NCBI RefSeq assembly: GCF_001194135.2
Contig: NC_068987.1
Coordinates: 74,177,109 to 74,241,108, forward strand
Reading direction: 5' to 3'
Source of the DNA: Octopus bimaculoides
Taxonomy: Eukaryota
Length of the DNA stretch: 64,000 nucleotides
Shown: positions 48,758-60,757 of the stretch, one piece after another
Numbering within the stretch: the first letter of the stretch is position 1
Layout: each line of letters begins with the position of its first letter
Made by a program: the position numbers and the translations under genes
Notes under the pieces: model-generated
What the model was told of the DNA's origin: nothing
The model's input: only the letters and a program-made list of their open reading frames with translations
Databases searched by the model: none

Positions 48758-51600
48758 CTATAGAAATTATAGCCACCACTGATTTTTGCTAAAATTAGTA
48801 GAAATAATCTTAATAAAATATTGTAATAAGCACTGCTAATGCAGTAGAATGTGGTATTGACTGATAAAGACATTTAATAAACTTTATAGTATATTATGGT
48901 TGCATAACAAAATACCACGTACCTACAAATCATTAATAATAAATGAATGAAAAGAAAAGTTGGAATAAGTCGATTACATTGACCTCACCACTCATCATCA
49001 TTCATCATTTTGAATCCAGATTTTGTCCCCGTTAACAGGGGTGGCCAGATCTACCTCAGCGCAAAAAAAAAAAAATTGACCATCGCGAAATATAACAATA
49101 TTTGTTTCAACACACGATTTCACATTAAGAATCTTGCAAAACAAATACATAAATGCATGTTCATCATTTTTTCAATCTGTAGAGAAATGGCTAAAATTTT
49201 CCCTGTTTATAATTACACCATATGTTACATATATATTATATCATACCTTGATACTGTGTGGACTAAGATCCCCGTTGACAGGCCACTGATACTTATAGAG
49301 TGTTAAACACTTTTGGTATGCAAATTAGGGACTCCTTCATAGAGTAACTGCTGCATTTGTTGAGTATATAAACAGTTTGGCTACTTGTTTCTCTGGAGAT
49401 TTTTAGAATGATGTGGATGTTTATGATGAGATCCCAATAAAGTTTGAAAATAGATTGAGGCTGCTCATTATTTTTTTTCAGCCTGCAGAGAAATGCAAAA
49501 ATTTGCCCTGCTTATAATTATACAATGGTACATTTTTATATATCTCATGTAATTGGATAGTCATTGATTTTTTTGAGTTCATCTACCATTTGACAGGTCT
49601 TGTTTCTCATTCTGTAGGATATCCAAATATCACCGTACTCACCACACAGGCTTGGGGGGTGCCACAAGTTTATTACCCTCATTATTAGGGTGACATCTTC
49701 AGTAAAAGCAATATTGTTGTCAATAACACCAGCAAAGTCTTTGGCAATGTTTGGCATAAGGACCTTCTGCCTAAGTTGCATGCATACAGACCCAATTCAT
49801 CTCCTCTATTGAATCAAGACTTCCTTGTCAGAACACTACATCACAATACATGTCAATGAAGATTTTTCTCACTTACATTTGTCATTTCTGATCTACCTTA
49901 AGATTCAGTTGTGTGTCTCTCACAAATTTTTTCTCACACATTGATGATCTGCTGGTTGTTATTCCTAACCATACAGTTCTGTTTAGATCATACAACATAT
50001 CACTTCACTCTGGAACTTTTTACGCACAACCTTGAACCTCACACCAGACAGGAACTGCCTCCATAATCAAAGACAATCTTTTAGCATTCAGATTAATCTG
50101 TCAATTGTAATGCTTATTTATATTCATTGTTTTGAATTCATCGTGCTTTAACTTGTCATGTTAAGATTTTGATGATATGATTATTTTTAGAATGACATTG
50201 TAGGATAAATGTAAGAGGCTGGACCTAAAAATATAGTTTTATACCATACCATCTCTACATACCAACAACACATAACTGAGGCCCTTAAAGTTACCACAAC
50301 TTACAATCTCTGAAGACTTCTCATGGGAGCCTTACATCATCACCGTTTAACATCCGCCTTCCATGTTGGCATGGGTTGGATGGTTTGACAGGAGCTGGCC
50401 AAGCATGAGCTTGGACCAGACTTCTGTGTCTATTTTGGCAGGGTTTTTATAGCTGGATGCCTTTCCTAACACCAGCCACCCAGCAGAGTGGACTGAGTGC
50501 TTTTTACATGGCACAATTGTATAACATTGCCAAAACTGTATCCCACAGTGTAGGCTTCCCATTTTGAAGAATGAAATGCTTTAGCCTTGATAGTTTATTG
50601 ATACATACATAAATAGCCTAGACCACATGCAAAAGAATGTTTAACTGATTGAAGACTCACTCACCAGAATAAAATAGTAATCAAAAGGGTTCACAGACAA
50701 AAAAAAAAAAAATGGTTGAGAACCACTGCCTTACACTAAAGCACTTGGTTCAGTCCTTTCTTCCAGGAAATTATACCTACTGGAATTTCCTCACTGCTCA
50801 TGTTTTTTTTTTTTTTACTTTGCTCCTATAGACATTAACTACATCAATCTGGACAGGCCTAAAAATGTGGTAGGCACTGCCCCACTTTTTCAGGGTAACT
50901 TATATGAAGACTGAGATTTTCTAACTAACTACTTTGTTTGTTGCAAGATCAGTGGCTTAGTTTTCTATATATTGCGAGCTGGAGCAAATTCCTGTTATCT
51001 CTAGCAGTCAGATAATAAAGATGGTACCCGCCAACTGGACTCTCAAAGGAAGGTGAGGCTTGTTTTCACTGTACGGTGGCAGTATTGAAAGAGTGTGTAG
51101 AATGGAAGGTTTCATGACAGGGTTCCTTCGTCTCTGGCCTGAGTTTGATAACCTACTTCAGATACCATCTGAAGAGCAAGATGAGGTTGGAGAAGAAGAC
51201 CCTGCTGCAGAGAGAGTATGAGAAATGTTGGAAGGATGTGGTGAGAAAAGTGGGTGTCAGTAACCCAGCTTAATCATCAATGAAAGGAAAACAGATAGTT
51301 GCTGGGCCATACAAGTTGCCGGGTATGTAATTTGAACTTCTGTGCGTGTGTGTGTGTGTGATGGACAGCATGAACAACTGTCGGCAACTTCACAATCCCC
51401 CCTCTCTCCTTAAAGCTATGTATTCATCACACCCACCTCCCTTCCCTCAGTGTTCTAAAAGTTGTGTGTGTGTGTGTGTACGTATACCTGTGTCTGTGTG
51501 TTTATGTACATATATGTATGCAGCGTCCAAAACAGATGACCCGGATGTTGTTGCTCTTCCATTACTTTCGCAAACAGCAGTAACTTTCTTCAGCTGAATG

Positions 51601-51919
51601 CACGTCATTGATTGGTTAAAATTACCCAAATACGACAAATTTAACACTAAACTTCTAAAATACAACATTTTGTCAAAAACGTTTAGAGTAAACCGTGTTC
51701 TACGTGACACATTCAACCAGTATCCGAAGTTTCAAACTGTTTAATTAAAAAATCTGTGACTGAGATTGAAAAGATCCCGATCATGTTCCATTAAAGAAAC
51801 AAAAAATGAAAGCAAACAATGGGAGCTGGTTGAGATTGTAGTGGCGTAATTTTGAGGGTCTCCAGCACGCATGGAACCTTCTGGAAGGCCTGCCGAAAGG
51901 TCCCTGATGCGCATGCGCA
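51601..51919. promoter_or_regulatory. Putative DNAH3 promoter: CRE-like ACGTCA (51602-51607), CCAAT box (TGATTGG 51609-51615), NRF1 palindrome TGCGCATGCGCA (51908-51919)
   Basis: Motifs read directly; coincide with the CpG-depleted to CpG-rich boundary upstream of the first identified coding exon. Confidence 0.55.
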
Positions 51920-54250
51920 GAAAACTAGCAGCAGCAGATTCTCTTGTATCTCAGATTCGAGATGCAGCCGCTGAACTATGCAGACGTGTCCTCAGCAGCT
52001 CTCCTACTGATCGATGTTTGACCAGCTCGGTATAGCTGGATTGTGAAGAATGCCTTCACAAAATATGATTAACTCCAATTTTGCTGCTTCCACACCAGAC
52101 CTGGCTACTCATTGTCCCAAGGTGTAAATTTTTGTACATACAAAATAAAAGGATTGTTTTCTTGTTCCGATATTTTTCCTCTAACATTTATGTAAGGAAT
52201 TGTGTGGCACCCTTCCAGTGCCAACCAATTTTACCTCTTACAATTAGTGACCCCCCGACACAAGGACATTAGCAGCCAAGATTTAACTAGCGCTCGTTTT
52301 CGCAATGGTGAAAGGGAAAACGGAGCTTTTCCACCAACACCAAATTCATCTGTCTAAGCTCGCGGACCCCGAGACGCGAACATTCAACCTTCGAGAAAAA
52401 AAGAAAAAGAGCTATAGCTGTCATTTTCTTTGATACCAAATCATGGACACAGAGAAAAAGAGATAGATAGAAGTACGCTACAGAGCCTCCCACCAGTCAT
52501 TTTGCGTAAGACCGTCAAATAAACAAAGTGTATGTGAACACAAGCATAGAAAACAGTCTATGAGAAAGTCCAAACACAGGATGATAAAATACCAGTTCGT
52601 ATCAAAGGTGAAAAGTAGTTGAAATGCTGTAAACAAGAAGTCACACGAAGGAAAAAAAAAAAGACCCAGAACCAACTAAAAACAAAAAAGAAAAGAGACG
52701 AAGCAGAACGAAAAAAAAACACGTTAGCACACACGCACATTGATATTTTTTTTCTTCCCTTGTTTCATTTTTTTCTTCTTTTTTTTTTTTTTACAGCGAC
52801 GAAGGTTGATGCAGAAAAAGAAAAAAAAAATTTATTCTCTAAGTAACCCGTTTCACAAGAGCGAAACTGATGTAACCTCGCCATCGCAGACAAAGTCAAA
52901 GGCTGCGTTATAATCAATACAGATCGTGGAAAAATGCTTGGGTTTTTTTTTTTTAATGCAATTCTTAGCAAAGTAAGTCTTTTATTCATTGGGTTTTATT
53001 GTCCCAATTTTTCGAAGAATAAAACTCATTGAAGACAGTAGACTATAACAGAACAAAGGTTTTCGCCAATAAGTTGTGGCGGCGAATCAGCTCACTATAA
53101 ATGTAAAAATTTATATAAGAAAAATAGAAAAACTATCGAATATGAAGACATACTTCCCACTCAGTTTTCTCTGTATCAACATCCATAACAACATTAACCA
53201 GAAGACAATTGAAAATACAGTTTTGATTTCGAAGCCTATTTTTATCCTTCTTTAACTTTCCAATAGGAAATTTTCTATTGGTTTGTTTACTTTAGATACA
53301 CAACGTCTTTTCATAATGACAACATAACATTATAATAGCGTTCGAAAAGAATTTCACGAAGGTCTATGGTAGCAGAACTAGCAGCCATATTTGATAGTCT
53401 TTTCTATTTCGTCAAATAGTGTTTAGGTTTTGATTGACCAAATCTCGTGGCTAAACTGTTGACCTTTTCCTCTCATTTCAATTTTTTTTTTCAGTGTTTC
53501 GAGATATGTTGATAGCAGCAATAAGTCAAAATCTATTGAGTAGGAAAAGCAGCTAAAACGACTATGTCAGTATGTCGTAATTAACACACTCCATGTTTCG
53601 GCATCATGTCAACTCTGACTTCCAGTAGACAAACAAATGCATTATAGCTGTGGCCATCCTGTCTTTTTTGTGGATATTAAAGACTCTACATGGCAACCAT
53701 GTGTGGGACATCAGAAACTGAAATTGAATCAAATCGGTACTAATCGGCAATGAAAATCCGGATGATTTATTGCGAAAGTTCCGAGTGATTAGTAACGTAG
53801 CTAACAGAGCGTGGGAGTGGCGATGGGAACGGCTCTTTCGGGTCTGCTGGATAAGCCTGTACAGGGGGCGGGGAACGACAACCTCAATGAATGCCCCAAG
53901 CAAGACATACATTAAATATGTCACTGCGAGTGATTTATTGTGAAGTTAAAATTATTAGGATTTATTTACACATGTGAAGTTAGAACGATTTATAAATATT
54001 TTATCTGAAAGCAAAAAATGATGTAATCAGAAAACCAAATTATAGCATAGAAACCTCGAATTCCAAAAAATTTCGGAATTTCTGTAGATGTTTCACGAAT
54101 GGTGCGATATATTTCTTTAATCCTGCTCCACATGCATTCTATTGTGACTATCTGTTGCTGCACCGCTGGGATCAACATAGTGTTAAACTGTAGCAATCAA
54201 TGATAATGCAGGTGCCTGGAAATACGTATTGCATTATTGAAGGCAGTAAC

Positions 54251-54700
54251 AAGGCGCAAGCGGGCAGAATCGTTAGCAAGTCGGGCAAAATGCTTAGCGG
54301 CATTTCGTCCATCCTTACGTTCTGAGTTCAAATTCGGCCGCGGTCGACTTTGCCTTTCATCCTTTCAAGGTCGATAAATTAAGTAACAGTTGTGTACTGG
54401 GGTCGATGTAATCGACCGGCACCTTCCCCCAAAATTTCGGGCCTTGTACCTAGAGTAGAAAAGATTATTAAAGGCAGTAACAAGGCGGCGAGCTGGTAGA
54501 AACGTTAGCACGCCGGGCGAAATGCTTTGTGATATTTCGTCTGTCTTTACGTTCTGAGTTCAAATTCCGCCAAGGTCGACTTTACTTTTCATCCTTTCGG
54601 GAACGAAAAGAAAAAAGTGCCCGTTGAGTATGAGGGTCGATCTAATTGATTGTCCCCCTCCCCTAAAAATTTCAATCCTTATGTCGATAGTAGAATTTCT
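54251..54700 (+). mobile_element. Tandem pair of young SINE family C copies (54251-54463 and 54482-~54700)
   Basis: Both start aaggcg; 18-bp TSD attatt(g/a)aaggcagtaac at 54233-54250 and 54464-54481. Confidence 0.9.
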
Positions 54701-55563
54701 TCAAATGCCATTGAGGTCATCTTTTTTTAATATGGTAAGGTATTGATATGTTACGAATACGAATTATGACTATTTCATAATACGCCACAGAGTAAACTTG
54801 AAAGAAGGACAAAGTGGAAGTTTTGTCAGATTAATGACACCAAGGCATTGGTAATCAGTCTGAGCTTCCAGAAATTAACTGGTGTCTCAAAAGTAACAAG
54901 AGACGGAGTGTCTATGCTGTCATTCGATCTACAGAAGTAGTAGCTAAATCCCTTTCAAATCATAACCCACTATCTTAAGGTGCATGGATAATGTAGTCAC
55001 TGATATGTCTACAAACAGATGGAATACTCAAGGTTTGCATGATTATGATCATAGATCTGCTTGGTGGGGGCTGGGATCTTTTCAATTTGGCTGCCAATTT
55101 TCGAAAATTCAGAGTTTATTCAAAATTTTAAGATTTGGTACATTAATGTAGTTTTCCAAGCTGAATCTCAGGAGACACTTTTTCACTTTTTCCAGAAAAA
55201 ACTTTTTTCAAAAAGTTATAGTTTAAAGTTTTATAATTTTCTCCCTATCAGAAAACAGGATTTGGAAACTCATTCTGTGCGTGACAGCACGAGTTGTCAA
55301 CTGTAAACAAATGAAATTCTGCTTTACGCACGCCTTTACGCATAACTTTTTATTTCTTAGAATTTTCAGAAAATTTTTGCGAATTTGTATTCTACACACA
55401 GGAATTCATGCGGTTATCCAAAAATAAAACAAAAACTTTTTTGGTGCATGATTTAAGGCCTATTTGGTTGTTATTTTTAACACATCTGACGACCACTTCA
55501 ATGAGTGGAATATATTTGTCAACACATGGTTTCTCGCAGACAAAAAGTTCTCATGCTTGGCTT

Positions 55564-55577
55564 GTTACTATGGAAAC
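55564..55577. promoter_or_regulatory. RFX X-box-like motif GTTACTATGGAAAC
   Basis: Matches the 14-bp X-box consensus RTHNYYWTRRNRAC. Confidence 0.35.
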
Positions 55578-58280
55578 AGGCATGAATGTGTCTGTGGCTT
55601 ACGAATGGCTAAAATTACAAAAAAAATTGCAAACTTGAAAAGCTAATAACTCTTTATTTATTGACTTATTATAAAACTATATCATTACATCGAATATTAA
55701 ATCAATTCGAGCAGGAATTGAAGAGATTGAAAATTAACAGCCAAACAGAAAAGATCCCGCGGCTGTCTTGGTAATAACGTTGGTAGAAGGAAACTATAAT
55801 CGTTTCACGGACGGGACAGCGACTTGAAAGAGATGAGGTGCAATGGGTAAGCTAGGTGGTATGTAATTAGTTCAGAAACATAAAGGTTGTCGTAGTACCG
55901 GATTATACTAAGGCAGGGGCTGCAGTATATAAGTACATATTTGAAGGACAAATTTATACAGATGAGCAATCCTGGAGCAAAGGGAATCGAAATCAATACA
56001 GGGATTCCACTTTGGAAGGTTAGTCCTTGATTTTACGGCCCTAAATTCAAATCGATCAATGGGCGGCACGTTTATGGTCCTGAATTATAGTTGGTTTCAG
56101 GGTTGGACGTCCACGTTTGAAAATTACCATTGTCTACCCAAACAAGATATTGCCATACGCCGAGAAGTTTAAGCGCTTTTAATTAGTAACTACTCTCAAA
56201 CCTAACATTGTGCTGAATGATGCAGAAAGGAGTTGTGCAAGTAAACGATGTGGAGATTCTGCTCAAATAATTTTCCACACAAGGAATAGTTATCTATGGA
56301 AATGCAATGGACGCAGTTTTGTAAAAGGTATCTTTTTACGATTCGTTTTTACTCGCCCGTATTCGTCATTAAGACAATCACTGATTATCGCTGTATATTC
56401 AGGGTGCTGAAAACTCCTTGAAAATCTATCACGATATTCTTATTTCTTTTCCTTTTCTATTTTTTTCTTCTAATTTCGAATGCATTACAATATTTTATTT
56501 CGCTTTTGGAAGATATTTCGAATTTGTGTAAAACAATTTAAGCCTGTCACTTTTTCTAGTTAAATTTAGAACCGCAAAAGCGAGAGTATCGGAATTTGTT
56601 TTTTCCCTTTTGCTTTCCCTCTTATTTTTTTGTTTGTTTTTTACCGTCCCATAATTGGATCTTTTTCGTTTTCGCAGGGATTTTTCAGTTTTTTTCTTTT
56701 GCACCACGCACTTCAAAGTGATGGGAGAAGCCTTTTCTAAATTTGTTTTTGATCCATACATTTTTAAACGTCCTTTGAACCTTCACAAAAGCCATCACCA
56801 TTGATAAATTCCCCCCTCCCCCTCTTGTTATTATTTTCATTTTCTGAAACACATGTAATCTAAATTTTTAGAAAGAAAAATTTTAATCCACGTATTTTAA
56901 ACGTCGGCCACTACCATCACACCTAAAACAGCAACTACCACAAAAACAATTAGTCATTTTATTATATTCTGGAACGCTTATAATTTACATCTAAAATTAA
57001 ACAAAATTTCTTGTTTTTCTCTTAATTTCTATGTCGTACAGAAAAAACATTTACCTTATGGTAAAAGTATGAAAGAAAAATAACGAAAATAAAACAAAAA
57101 CAAACATTTTAAAGGTGAAAGAAGAGGGGTTACAACATTTAGTTGTGTTTTGTTTTAAATGCCAATTACAAGTTTTTGCAGAATGTGGAATACAATAAAA
57201 TGACTAAAAATAACGAAACAAAATCTGTTTAGTGGCAGTGAGATTTGACTGGTATGCGTCACTGAAGAGACGTAGTACGTCGAAATCACATGACCTGGCA
57301 GTTCCGGCGTCCATAGCTGACGATCCTCGTCGGCTAACGATGTGTGTGTGTGTGTGTATGCATGGGTATGTGTTTCTGTGTGTGTATGTGTGTGCTTTAA
57401 TTCACAATACGTCAACATGACAGGAACTCTCAAGGCGATTAAAGCAGTATTCACTGTTCTAACAAACATCTACGTTAAGTTTGATATAAAGATTGCCCTA
57501 TAATAATTAGTAATAATTTAATTCCTTTCAATCGACTCCGTTAAACTCGTCCAGCTAATTAAACTCAGTTATTGGATGGCAAATTGAAGGCATTAAATGC
57601 AGTATTTTCAAACAATGTTTTGCAAGGAATAAGGGTTGGTTTTGTTTTGTATTTATTTTTGTTTAAAATTTAAAAAAAAAAAGGTAAAAATTCAGAAAGG
57701 TCTTCAAAAGAACTTGTTATTCATACAGATATGGTAAACAATAGTTTTCTAAGGTATGCTTATGGAATAGAGTCTGAAATTATTTCTAAAAATAAACATA
57801 ATTTTTTTCAATTTTTCGGTTGGTTAGATGGTTTTAAGCATCGTAGTTTACGATTCTGCAGTGGGGGCGGGGGGAGAGAATTAATGCGGTTCTCCTATTT
57901 TCCGTTGACATTCATCTATATCTTGGAATCGAAACCTGACAGCTTTAGTAGCTAAGATATAGATCACACCTAGAATATAAACCAATCAGCTTGCTGAAAT
58001 ATCGCCCCATATCATAGAATGTTCTATCATGTTCCAGATTGTTCCCACGTGATCTGGGATTATAAAAGCGAAAGCACGCTAGAATCAGCGCAGAGGTTAG
58101 AGAAAGTTGGAGATAAAAAATAAAAAATCGCAGATGGGTGTTGGCTTCTTTAAACGTGAAGTAAATTGTTACACACTGTTATTTATATATTATTGTAGGT
58201 CTCCCCGCGTGGGTGAACCAAGATTCGTTAAATTGTTGAATTTCCGTCACTCTTTTATTTGCATTTGCTTATCTTTATCT

Positions 58281-58865
58281 ATGGGAGTAGTAGCGAAAGG
58301 AAGAGAGATGGGAAGTGGACAAAGTTACGCAGCGGCAACGACCCAAGGAATAAATGCCAACACTCTGGAAGTACAAGAAATAAAAATTGAGACAAGAAAA
58401 TGGAAGGAAAGAAGCAAATTGCTAAAAAAAAAGAAGGAGCCAGCCTAAAGCTGACTCCTCCAGAAGAACTGATAAACAACGTAGTGAAGAGGACGGTAGT
58501 GTACAGGACGCTGTACAAGATAGAGTTTGCCCCGATGGAAGTAACAGAGGAATGCCTAGAAAACGTAAAAAGATTGATCACATTCGACACACGTGGGAAG
58601 AAATACAGCTCAGTGGAAGTAAGGTTTGGCATCGAAGAAGATGCCATAAGTCACTCCACGGAGCCGATAAGGACACCGGAATGGGTACTTCTTTTGACGT
58701 ACTGTGGAAAACGCGTTGCTAGAGTGAGAGTTGGAAGAGTGCCCCCCGAAATTAAAGAAGAATGGCTGGTGGCAGCCATAATGCTCGGTATGGAGGATGA
58801 GGCGAAAATCCTCAAGATAACGAGGACCTAAAGGTCAATTGGTGGGGGTGTGGCTGAAATTGTCA
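58281..58865 (+). pseudogene. ORF1/gag-like retroposon protein, copy A (frameshifted, 3'-truncated)
   Basis: ATG 58281, SYAAAT motif, frameshift into ORF 58400..58831; homologous to 59004 and 60938 ORFs. Confidence 0.8.
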
Positions 58866-58924
58866 AATTGTTGAATTTCTGTCGTTGTTTTTGTTAGTTT
58901 GCAAAAATTGTTTTTTCCCCATTT

Positions 58925-60180
58925 ACACAAGGTATTACGACCAACAGCCTTGAAGTTCGCGAGATAAAAAATAGAGAACAAAATATGGAAAGAAGGAAAC
59001 AAATTGTTAAAAAGGGGAGGGGGTAGTTTAAAGCTGACCCCACCAGAAGAAGTGACGAAGGATGTAGCAAGGAAAACGGTTGTGTACAGGACGTTATCAA
59101 CTGCTACCAAAAAAATAGAGATTACCCCAATAGAGGCAATAAAGGAATGTCTATGTGACTTGAAAAGACTAAACACCTTCTATATACGTGGAAGGAAGTA
59201 CGTCACAGTGGAGGTTAGGTTCTCCAGCGAGGAGGACGCTATTAACCACTCCACTGAGCCGATAAGGACACAAGAGTGGGTACTGCTGTCGATGTATTGT
59301 GGCAAACGTGTTGCCAGAGTGCCCCCCCCCCGCCCCGAGATCGAAGAGGCATGGCTGGTAGCAGCAGTCATGCATGGAATGGAGGAAGATGCAAAGATCC
59401 TAAAAGTAACTAGAACGAAGAAAGTTAATAAGTGTGGCTATGGCCTAGAAATGGAGATTCCAGTTGGGTTAAAAGACCTACACGGAATCGTAGAAGAGAT
59501 TCTTCTACCAGAAGACATTACGCTAAGAGTGGTAGCATGTTTTCTATGTAAGCAAAAAGGGCACATGAGAGCAAGGTGCCCTCAGCAAGAAAGTAAAGTA
59601 GAGGAACAACAACGCAAAGAACAGCCCGCCGAAGAGGAGGGACCAGAAATGAAGGAAAACAAAGAGGAGATGTTTATTGTCGTTAATAAGCGAAAGAGGA
59701 AAGAGCGGGTGAGCTCTCCGACAGAAAACCAAAAACGAATGAAGGAAAATAGAGGAACTGGCCAGATAAACTAGCAGAAGTATCACAACACAGAGTGGAA
59801 GATATAATCGTGGACGATTATGGTTATGTACAGACGGAGGAACCAAGGGAAACGAATATCCCGGACAGCCCAGGTCCGGAGCGTAAACAAGTAAATACTA
59901 ATAAGAAAAAGTGACATGTAGTAACATATTTGAAAAGTACTGCCATAGAGCAAAAAATAACGAAATTCAAAGGTGCCATAAGGACTAAATTGCCAGCTGA
60001 ACATTACCCGGAGCACATCATGGAGTGATGATTGACAAGGAAAGGTATAAAAGATTGAAAGAACGATTTAAAGATGATGTGAACCCATTGGAGGAAAAAA
60101 TTGAATTTGAGGAACTACCAAAAGTAGTTAAATACGAGGAGTTAATGCCTTTAATGAATGGTAATAGAGGTGTCCTTTAA
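58925..60180 (+). pseudogene. ORF1/gag-like retroposon protein, copy B, with CCHC zinc knuckle
   Basis: CFLCKQKGHMRARC; frameshift near 59010; C-terminal LPKVVKYEE at 60115-60141. Confidence 0.8.
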
Positions 60181-60757
60181 AATAACTTTTTACACTCGTG
60201 GAAAGAAATTCTGTAATAGTGGAAGTGAAATTCGTCTCTACAGAAGAAGCAATAAAGAACTCTACTGTACCTATTGGAAATGAGGAATGGAGACTCCTGC
60301 CAACTTACTTGGGTAGGAGAATAGCCAGAGTAAGAGTTGGTAGGATTCCCCCGGAAATGAAGGAAGAATAGATACCAGCGTCAGTCCTATCCACTACAAA
60401 AAAAAAAAAAGAACGCAGCATTGTATCAGCTAAAAGAAGGCAGAAACTAGATTGTTTGGGGATACAGCCTAGTTGTTAGTTCAGATAACTCTGGCCTATA
60501 TGAACGAAATTCCAAAGGTAATTGAACTCCTGGATGAGAGAAAACTAAACGTGACAGTGGAGGGGAGACCCCTCACTTGCTATGGATGTGGACAGAATGT
60601 GCACATGAAAAAGAGGTGCCCCCAACGCACAGTTGAACCGAGCAACGAGGAAGAAATACCGTCGGAGCACAAAAATGTAGCAGAGACGAGAGAGAAAAGC
60701 GAAGTAGAACCAACAGAGAATGAGGGAGAGTTCACCCAAGTCGCCAGAAAGAGAGGT

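Noticed and set aside
50311-50335. CTGAAGA followed by a weak hairpin as a hammerhead
   Set aside because: No GAAA box or cleavage triplet follows.
53684-53697. Second X-box (CTCTACATGGCAAC)
   Set aside because: Only the right half-site matches the consensus.
55481-55520. CTGACGA-ccact/agtgg hairpin as a hammerhead
   Set aside because: The second core box reads GAAT or AATA and stems I and III cannot be formed convincingly.
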